This document shows positions 51,761-58,834 of a stretch of 64,000 nt of DNA, one piece after another. The DNA is from Clostridia bacterium (GTDB taxonomy: Bacteria; Bacillota; Clostridia; RGIG6154). The notes beneath the pieces were generated by a model. The model ran no database searches and was not told the DNA's origin. It was given only the letters and a program-made list of their open reading frames with translations. Each line of letters starts with the position of its first letter. Positions within the stretch are counted from its first letter, which is position 1. Both the position numbers and the translations under genes were made by a program. The stretch lies in NCBI GenBank assembly GCA_045589295.1, contig JAZNOU010000007.1, forward strand, positions 81,393 through 145,392. The letters are read 5' to 3'.

Positions 51761-51928
51761 TTTTACCACTCCTTTATTATATATATAATTATAATAACAT
51801 AAGTGCTTTGGCATGTATTTAGAAATTATTCACATTTTAGCCAATTATTTGCACAGAATTCTGTTCAACTTAACAATTTTTGTCCACAAATTAACACCAC
51901 ATTTGCTTAATAATGCTATTTAGTACGT

Positions 51929-52573
51929 TTATATGGAATAATGAAAGCCAAATGACTTTTTAACTACAATCTCCACATTGTTACCACGAACACCTACGAT
52001 AATATCATCTGCAAGTTTTGCTACAATAGAGCGTTCAAGTTCTGCGTATGCTTCATCTTCATTTTCTTCGACCGCTGTTTTATAACTATAAAGTGACCAT
52101 GAATACACATATCCTGCTTCGCAAGCTATTGCAGAATCTACATAACCAAATCCCATATTGAAGCCGTAAGCATCATAAAACTCGTCTGCAGGAATTGGCG
52201 GAATAGTAGGATCAAAAGCAGCAAGAAGCATCGTCTCTGCAACTGCTCTGATTTTGCCCATAACCCCTTTTCCCGCGGCGTTTTTACCAGATTTTGAAAC
52301 AGAAATAAGTTCATCTCTCAGCTCAGCAGTCATATCCTCTGCTTTAAGTTCTACATGAAGCTCGTAGTTATCACCATCATTTTCTGTCCAAAATTCACCA
52401 TTAAAGTTTTGGGTAAGTCCTGGTAGCATTCCACAAAGTTCTTCTGCCAAAAGACGAAGTCTTAATGCTTTCTTATCCTCAAGACCATTGTATGTAGTTA
52501 CCTTTTCTACCTCGGTAAGAACTGCTTCGAAGCAGGTTAAATCTTCATTTAATTTACAAATATTTGATTTCAA
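51929..52573 (-). CDS. hypothetical protein, possibly degenerate HATPase_c (anti-sigma-like) fold
   Basis: LRLLAEE helix and ERSIVAKLADDI.VGV.G..VEIVVKK end; GGAGGAG RBS with TTG start; follows the RsbW-like remnant. Confidence 0.65.
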   Translation of the reverse strand: MKSNICKLNEDLTCFEAVLTEVEKVTTYNGLEDKKALRLRLLAEELCGMLPGLTQNFNGEFWTENDGDNYELHVELKAEDMTAELRDELISVSKSGKNAAGKGVMGKIRAVAETMLLAAFDPTIPPIPADEFYDAYGFNMGFGYVDSAIACEAGYVYSWSLYSYKTAVEENEDEAYAELERSIVAKLADDIIVGVRGNNVEIVVKKSFGFHYSI

Positions 52574-52585
52574 TTAAATCTCCTC

Positions 52586-52831
52586 CTAACTAAGCAGCAT
52601 GACAAGAGTAAGTACGTTTTTGTCATCTTTGTATTCATATTCCATACTTTCTGTCATTTTCTTGACCATAAATATTCCAAGGCCTCCTATTTCTCTCTCT
52701 TCTGCTGAAAGAGTTGTATCAGGTTCTGCTGCCTCAAGAGGATTGTAAGGAATGCCATTGTCAGAAAATGAAATATTGAGTTTTCCATTTTCTATACTGT
52801 AAGAAATAGTAGCTAATGTTGCCTTGCTGTA
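52586..52831 (-). pseudogene. 5'-truncated RsbW/SpoIIAB-type ATP-binding (HATPase_c) gene
   Basis: Frame reads YSKATLATISYSIENGKLNISFSDNGIPYNPL...EREIGGLGIFMVKKMTESMEYEY...LLS*. G1 and G2 boxes are intact; the N-box, start codon and RBS are missing, with an in-frame TGA just upstream. Confidence 0.8.
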
Positions 52832-53448
52832 AGTTAAATTATATCATATAATAATTAAAAAGAAAAGAGCCTTGAAAATTCAAGACTCCAAGATTAACAA
52901 TAAACAAAAGAAGGACATGCACCCTTTAACGCATATCCTTCTTCAAAGCAACTATAAGAGAATCAATAGTCGTTTCTATAAGTTTAATTTGTTCTTTGTT
53001 TACATTACAACCTTATCTTCTTTCATTTTATCACCTCAAAATTGTGTTTTTTAGAGTTAATCTATCATACCGTAGTGTAATAATTTTCTCAACTCTTTTT
53101 TTAAAATTCAGAAAAACAATAAAACTAAAATAAAATCTGTCTAATACAAGACCAGGACTGAGATTATACGAACTTATAAATTGTCCAATTTTGTACACGA
53201 TACTAATAAAATTATAGCAATAATCGTAGATGTTGTCTGCGATTATACTCTGTCCATCTTGAAGGGGACAGAGGCTCTCTAAATTCAGTCCACTTTAAAA
53301 AAGTGAGGATTATCAAGGGATTATAGCACTTTTTTGGCATAAAAATCACTATTCCAGTCCACTTTTGGCTAAAAGTAATATATCTCAGGACAGCTAACAG
53401 TCTACTTTGCACCTAAAATTGCCCTAATATCAGATGGGCGTAAAGAAA

Positions 53449-53475
53449 AAGAACCCTACGTTGTGTAGGGTTCTT
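53449..53475 (-). terminator. terminator after rubrerythrin
   Basis: AAGAACCCTAC-gttgt-GTAGGGTTCTT with T run on the minus strand. Confidence 0.8.
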
Positions 53476-53523
53476 AATATCTTATAAATGCCTTTGTTAA
53501 GCGGTTTTCGCAGACTACATCTA

Positions 53524-54111
53524 TTATCCGAAGTATCTCTTCAAAAGTCCTTCCAAGCCCTTTCCATGTCGAGCTTCGTCGCGTGCCATTTCGTGAACTG
53601 TGTCGTGGATGGCATCAAGGCCGTTTTTCTTAGCGCAAGATGCTAAGTCGAATTTGCCTTGTGTTGCTCCATATTCACAGTCAACTCTCCATTTTAAGTT
53701 GTCTTTTGTTGTAGCTTTCATGTTTGGCTCTAAGTCTTCACCTAAAAGTTCAGCAAATTTTGCAGCATGTTCTGCTTCTTCATATGCTGCTTTTTCCCAA
53801 TAAAGACCAACTTCAGGATAACCTTCTCTGTGTGCAATACGTGCCATACAGAGATACATACCTACTTCTGCACATTCACCATTAAAATTCGCCATAAGCT
53901 GTTCAAAAATGTATTTTTTATCTTCTTCAGAAATATCAGGATTATTTTTTACTGTTTTACCATACACACCATATTCGTGCTCTGCTGCAAGAGCTGCGCC
54001 TTCTTGCATAACATTAAACTTTTCAGCCGGAACTTTACATACCGGACATTTTTCCGGAGCTGCTTCTCCTTCATGAACATAACCGCAAACTGAACATACA
54101 AATTTTTTCAT
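53524..54111 (-). CDS. reverse rubrerythrin (NADH peroxidase)
   Basis: N-terminal CSVCG...CPVC rubredoxin domain, then di-iron E..E/EAEHA/DEARH motifs. ATG 54111 after AAGGAG. Confidence 0.93.
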   Translation of the reverse strand: MKKFVCSVCGYVHEGEAAPEKCPVCKVPAEKFNVMQEGAALAAEHEYGVYGKTVKNNPDISEEDKKYIFEQLMANFNGECAEVGMYLCMARIAHREGYPEVGLYWEKAAYEEAEHAAKFAELLGEDLEPNMKATTKDNLKWRVDCEYGATQGKFDLASCAKKNGLDAIHDTVHEMARDEARHGKGLEGLLKRYFG

Positions 54112-54136
54112 AAATATTTCTCCTTTTAATTTAATT

Positions 54137-54529
54137 TTATAAACAACGATCACATACGCCGCTGTAAAATACTTCTTTTGTTGATATCTTAAAGTTTTCA
54201 AGCCCTTTTTCCCTGGCTCTAGAAACTTCAAAATCATAGACTGTACCACATTCACTACACATAAAGTGACCGTGAAAATCTGTACATCCATCGTACCTTA
54301 TTTGAGTGCCGTCAATTGTCAAAACTTTCACAATATCTTTTTCTGCAAAAAGCTTTAATGTATTATAAACAGTTGTAAGTGACAAGGTTGGGATTTCATC
54401 AATCAGTGCGTAATAAACTTCAGAAACAGTTGGATGTGAACAGACACTTCTTAAATATTCCAAAATTTTAATTCTTGTAACCGACGGTCTTATCCCTTTT
54501 TGAACTAATATATCTTTCACATTCACCAC
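54137..54529 (-). CDS. perR: Fur-family peroxide regulator PerR
   Basis: [20 protein letters not shown]-terminal CxxC; co-located with rubrerythrin. Confidence 0.85.
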   Translation of the reverse strand: MVNVKDILVQKGIRPSVTRIKILEYLRSVCSHPTVSEVYYALIDEIPTLSLTTVYNTLKLFAEKDIVKVLTIDGTQIRYDGCTDFHGHFMCSECGTVYDFEVSRAREKGLENFKISTKEVFYSGVCDRCL

Positions 54530-54535
54530 CCTTTC

Positions 54536-54567
54536 TTGTAATGATTGTATTTTTGTAACGATTACAT
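54536..54567. promoter_or_regulatory. two tandem Per-box-like operators
   Basis: TTGTAATGATTGTAT and TTGTAACGATTACAT resemble TTATAATNATTATAA. They lie just downstream of the perR promoter (TTGACA 54600-54595, TAACAT 54577-54572). Confidence 0.65.
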
Positions 54568-54700
54568 TTATATGTTATCATTAATTTATTAATTTGTCAA
54601 TACTTTTTAAAATTTTTATTTTAATTTAACACTTGCTAAATAACAAAAAATATGTTATACTATTTTTATATTTAATAACAAATTTTAGGAGGTAATACTT

Positions 54701-55027
54701 TTGGCATATTCTAAAAATAGTTTTAGCATTGGTGACATTATTAAGGTTGCAGGAAATGGTCCTGCTGCTGAAACAGGCGCTATTGTTTTTATGGGTGAGA
54801 ATTTCTTAACTTACAGAGGTCCTTACTACAACAAAACACTTTCTGCTTTTGATATCACCAGCGGCAAGGTAACAATTACTGTTACAAATCATTTTGATGA
54901 CATAAAAGATGCAATTGAAGATGTTGACCAGACAGACAAACAAGAAAGCTTTACATCAGGTTGGATTACTCCTTCAATATATGCTACATCCCCTGTAAGT
55001 GAAGATCCTGAAGAAGAACAAGAATAA
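54701..55027 (+). CDS. hypothetical protein with acidic C-terminus
   Basis: AGGAGG RBS with TTG start, promoter TTGCTA-17-TATACT, downstream terminator; no recognised family. Confidence 0.7.
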   Translation: MAYSKNSFSIGDIIKVAGNGPAAETGAIVFMGENFLTYRGPYYNKTLSAFDITSGKVTITVTNHFDDIKDAIEDVDQTDKQESFTSGWITPSIYATSPVSEDPEEEQE

Positions 55028-55029
55028 TA

Positions 55030-55764
55030 TTAAGTGCCTGTATTTTCAGGCACTTTTTGATTTTGGAAAAATTTTATTACACCCAAACATACTGCAAGGG
55101 CAACCTTTTCCTGGTATTCTTTTTTTGAAAGACTTTCTGCTTCATCAGGGTTAGACAAGAAACCACACTCTACCAATACTGAGGGTAAGGTTAAATTCTG
55201 ATACAGTATTTTACTGCTGTCTATTCTGGAAATTTGTCTGTTGTTTTCATTATCTAAAGAATTTTTCAATTCTTGCTGTATAAAAGAAGCAAGTGTCATA
55301 CTTTCAGCATGCATAGTTTCATAAAACACTTGCGCACCTTTATATTTGCTTTGTTCAAAAAAATTCAAGTGAACACTTACAAACGCATCGGCCTTTGAAA
55401 TATTTGCAATATTTCTCCTGTTTAATAAATCAGAACGTTTTTTACTTTTCACGCTTCCTTTATCTTCCGAATGAAGTGACACATCCTTTTCTCTTGTCAT
55501 TATAACTTTTGCTCCGTTTTTTTCCAGATAAAACTTCAAGTAATTTGCAATTTTCAAGTTAATATCTTTCTCCAAAAGTCCACTTTTTGAAGATGCTCCT
55601 CCATCGAGACCACCATGACCAGCATCTACAACAATTCTCTTACCTGAAAGCGGCAAACTGGCAGACGTTTTTAATGTCTCTATTTTAATCATTGTAGCAA
55701 CCGATACAATTCCAATTAAAAACAATGTAAAAAAAATCAAAATTTTTTTGAGACTTATTACCAT
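55030..55764 (-). CDS. cwlD: N-acetylmuramoyl-L-alanine amidase, germination-specific CwlD-like
   Basis: Amidase_3 motifs DAGHGG.DGGA, EKDINL, SVHLN, GAQVFY, LVECGFLSN; N-terminal TM helix; sigmaE-type promoter. Confidence 0.85.
   Translation of the reverse strand: MVISLKKILIFFTLFLIGIVSVATMIKIETLKTSASLPLSGKRIVVDAGHGGLDGGASSKSGLLEKDINLKIANYLKFYLEKNGAKVIMTREKDVSLHSEDKGSVKSKKRSDLLNRRNIANISKADAFVSVHLNFFEQSKYKGAQVFYETMHAESMTLASFIQQELKNSLDNENNRQISRIDSSKILYQNLTLPSVLVECGFLSNPDEAESLSKKEYQEKVALAVCLGVIKFFQNQKVPENTGT
55032..55058 (+). terminator. hairpin terminator at the convergent junction with cwlD
   Basis: AAGTGCCTG-tatttt-CAGGCACTT followed by T's. Confidence 0.7.
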
Positions 55765-55779
55765 TATATCACCCTTTTA

Positions 55780-55808
55780 ACATTATGAAAAAAAAGTTTT
55801 TGTTATTA
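55780..55808 (-). promoter_or_regulatory. sigmaE-type promoter of cwlD
   Basis: TAATA, 16 nt, CATAATGT. Confidence 0.55.
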
Positions 55809-55873
55809 CGAATAAACAAAAAACATTAGGCAAAAATATAATTGCACCAAATAAAATAAAAGGAGATTGTAAA

Positions 55874-56038
55874 ATGGATAACATTAACAAATCTATTGCT
55901 TGCACTGTTAAAGAATGCAAGTACCACTCTGAATGTGAAAACTATTGCACATTAAACAACATCAGTGTAGGAACACACGAAGCTAATCCTACTAAAGCTG
56001 AATGTACAGATTGCAATTCTTTTGAATGTAAAAACTAA
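55874..56038 (+). CDS. DUF1540-family small Cys-rich protein (54 aa; below the ORF-track cutoff)
   Basis: MDNINKSIACTVKECKYHSECENYCTLNNISVGTHEANPTKAECTDCNSFECKN; AAGGAG RBS. Confidence 0.85.
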   Translation: MDNINKSIACTVKECKYHSECENYCTLNNISVGTHEANPTKAECTDCNSFECKN

Positions 56039-56039
56039 C

Positions 56040-56065
56040 AAAAAGTGCCCTTTAAGGGCACTTTT
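56040..56065. terminator. bidirectional terminator
   Basis: AAAAAGTGCCCTT/AAGGGCACTTTTT. Confidence 0.85.
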
Positions 56066-58711
56066 TTATTTTAAATTTTCAAAATAGACCTCGGCATTAT
56101 CAGCATTTATAACAATTTTAGGGATTAAAAGACTATCTAATAATTTAACCGAGCTTAACGGACTACTTGTATCAAAATTACCTACACTAACAAACGTTGC
56201 ACCAGCATCTTTATAAACATTTGTGTGATAATCAGGATAAAACACATAAACATTTGCTTTTTTTGAAAGCAACTCAAGCTTTTTATACAGCATTTCTTCT
56301 TCATTGTTGTTTTTGATAAGCTTATGACTTTCGTTTAAGAAAATAAATAAATTTTTAAACTCTTTTTGTGTGTCATCATCAAATTTCAGCCATTGAGTAG
56401 CCGATGTATATCCATCAGAATTATTCAACGTAACAAACAAAGATTGCCCTTTTTTGAAACTTTTGTAGCCATCTACATTTATTTCGTCAAGTCCCAAAAA
56501 GTCGTAGTTTTTAAGAGAGAATACATAGTCGCTGTTTTTAATATTAGACATAACGTTTGCCGACAAAATTTTTGATAACAACGTTTTCCCTCTTGGCATA
56601 TCCGCTACAACACTCACAGTAATTTGTCCACTACTTGCATCGGATTTTTGAATGTTAATAATTTGATTATCAAACTCAGTTTGCGCTACGGACAACGAAT
56701 CAAAAAGAATATAACCTCCTGATTTTTCTTTAAATGAATTTTGAACCACATAAAGCTTTGTAAGTTCTTTAGCACCGGTCGGAACATCAAACGTAATATA
56801 TTTCCAACCAGAAAAATCTATATTTTCTGTTAAAGTTTGTTTTATAGTATTACCGTTTTCTTCTCTGAATTCAACCCTTAACCACTGATTAAGCACGGTG
56901 GGTGAATATACCCAAACGCCTAATTTTTCTCCAGCAGAAACTTTAACAGGGTTATTTAACACAAGATAAGCCGCTGCGCTCTGATCATTACTTACATCTG
57001 AAAAATCATACTCTAATTTAGCGCTTGACTTACCACTTTTAAAGTTTATAGTATCTAGCATTACTTTTGATGTCATTTTTTCAGGATAAGCCTTTGCTGT
57101 AAAACCTACACTTTCAAAATCATAAAGAATTTTTGAAAATGTTATTTTTTTACTTTTGTTTAAAACCACAACATTTTTTTCAAAACCATTAACATCTTTT
57201 AACAAAACATCTTGAGATTCTATTAAAGCAGATATTCCGTTTAAATCTTTTGCAACAACTTTGATTTCGGGGTTTGTGTTTAAATCAAAATGCGAGGGTG
57301 TTACTATTATATCTCCAATATCTCCCAAAATATCGATTTCACACTCTGCAGTAAAATTATCATAAGTCGCATAAACCTTTACGCTATCCCCTGACTTTTG
57401 TGCATACAACAAGTTTTTATCAAAATAGCCATAACCATTTTCAACTTCAAACCTAATATCTGGAAGTTCCAATTCGTATGGATTACCATACTCATCCACG
57501 GCGTTTTTAATACCAAATGTTCTTGTTGTGCCTTTAAACACTTTATTTTCTTGTACGTCTATTTCAAACGCAGACAGTTTTTTCCCTTTAGGTGCATCTG
57601 AAGTCACCCCTATTGCAGATGCAACTTTTCTTAAGGAATTATCAGATGGCATATTAATTAGCACTTGTTCTCCTTTTTGATTTGCAATCAAAGTGGTTGA
57701 TCCCCCACCATCCAAATTCATAGCATCATATATGCCAATTTCAATCAAAAAGTCAGCAAGTTGACTTAAAGAATAACCTTTTGCGTTACTTTGTCTGCCA
57801 TCAACAGTTATCAAATAAAGTTTTGTTCGTGTTTTGTCGCAAGCGATAACTGTTCTTGGATTAGCCCCAGAAACGTTGTGTGTAATTTTAGCGGGTTGCC
57901 CTTGTGTCACAAGCATTGTTCCGCCACCAGTCATTGTTTTAAATGTGCTAAGATCAAAATTTGCATTAAAAGAAATTTCAACCTTATCGCCCACTGCAAG
58001 ATTTTCAATTAAAAACGGGTCAAATTCAGGCAGATGCCTTATAACATAACCATTTTGGGGAATTTCTACTCCAACTTGTTCCGTTCTGAGTTCAGTCACT
58101 ACATCATCAATAATTACCACTTCCAGAATATTATTGTATGAGCCTCCTGTTACACCACCAAACGCAGATGTATATATAACCGGCTGTGCCAATGAATCAT
58201 ATTTGTTCAAATGTTTTATTTTAAGCTCATTACCATTGGGTGCTTTGAGTGTAATATCAGTTTTAATATTTTCGCAAAATATCTTATTAAACTCATCTAT
58301 AATAAACGTAAACATCCCTTCTGTTTCACTTGAAGATGACATAAGCTTTCCGTCTTGCATTATTGTGCCCAGTGCACTTCCCTTCGACTTATCTGAACTG
58401 TTCCATGCAAAAAAATCACCATTTACAGCAACTGATGTTTTATTTTCTTCTGCCAATGTTTTAACTGTTTCTAGAGTGTTTAATCCTTGTGCTGACGTAA
58501 GCATATTAGCTTTCACATATTCGTTGTCAAGATCTGCCTCAACAATATTTATATTCTGCCATCCTGCACTGTCAAGTCTTTTTAAATTTGTCAGTGTAAT
58601 TCCGCCTGCAATAGGTATTGTTTCTTTTAAGTTATATGCTACTTTTGAATACACATTGCCGCTAAGGACTATTGAAACCGACAATGCAAGCATTAAAATC
58701 CTTTTAAACAT
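56066..58711 (-). CDS. secreted phosphodiester glycosidase (NAGPA) family protein with Ig-like/carbohydrate-binding modules
   Basis: Signal peptide, AVNGDFF, NPRTVIA, TVDGRQ, AMNLDGGGSTT; IDFSGWKY CBM-like segment. Confidence 0.85.
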   Translation of the reverse strand: MFKRILMLALSVSIVLSGNVYSKVAYNLKETIPIAGGITLTNLKRLDSAGWQNINIVEADLDNEYVKANMLTSAQGLNTLETVKTLAEENKTSVAVNGDFFAWNSSDKSKGSALGTIMQDGKLMSSSSETEGMFTFIIDEFNKIFCENIKTDITLKAPNGNELKIKHLNKYDSLAQPVIYTSAFGGVTGGSYNNILEVVIIDDVVTELRTEQVGVEIPQNGYVIRHLPEFDPFLIENLAVGDKVEISFNANFDLSTFKTMTGGGTMLVTQGQPAKITHNVSGANPRTVIACDKTRTKLYLITVDGRQSNAKGYSLSQLADFLIEIGIYDAMNLDGGGSTTLIANQKGEQVLINMPSDNSLRKVASAIGVTSDAPKGKKLSAFEIDVQENKVFKGTTRTFGIKNAVDEYGNPYELELPDIRFEVENGYGYFDKNLLYAQKSGDSVKVYATYDNFTAECEIDILGDIGDIIVTPSHFDLNTNPEIKVVAKDLNGISALIESQDVLLKDVNGFEKNVVVLNKSKKITFSKILYDFESVGFTAKAYPEKMTSKVMLDTINFKSGKSSAKLEYDFSDVSNDQSAAAYLVLNNPVKVSAGEKLGVWVYSPTVLNQWLRVEFREENGNTIKQTLTENIDFSGWKYITFDVPTGAKELTKLYVVQNSFKEKSGGYILFDSLSVAQTEFDNQIINIQKSDASSGQITVSVVADMPRGKTLLSKILSANVMSNIKNSDYVFSLKNYDFLGLDEINVDGYKSFKKGQSLFVTLNNSDGYTSATQWLKFDDDTQKEFKNLFIFLNESHKLIKNNNEEEMLYKKLELLSKKANVYVFYPDYHTNVYKDAGATFVSVGNFDTSSPLSSVKLLDSLLIPKIVINADNAEVYFENLK

Positions 58712-58834
58712 TTATGTACCTCCAATTTACTGTTACATTAAATTATACTACTTTTTGGCAATATAGTAAATAAAAAATATTGTTATTTTTTCAAAATTAT
58801 GCTAAAATATAACTAATATACGGAGGAATTTGCT

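Noticed and set aside
51826-51888. Replication origin suggested by DnaA-box-like 9-mers
   Set aside because: Only two imperfect boxes, with no dnaA/dnaN context.
53212-53412. 66-aa minus-strand ORF (and 52872-53054 on the plus strand)
   Set aside because: No RBS or family motif; the repeated KWT peptides simply reflect the DNA repeat.
47086-53520. Intact prophage or ICE at tRNA-Thr
   Set aside because: No integrase, relaxase or phage genes, and no duplicated tRNA 3' end found; retained only as a possible decayed island.
54112-54291. N-terminal extension of the rubrerythrin ORF
   Set aside because: Overlaps perR out of frame; the real start is ATG 54111 with an AAGGAG RBS.
58134-58766. 210-aa plus-strand ORF
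   Set aside because: Antisense shadow of the NAGPA-family gene.
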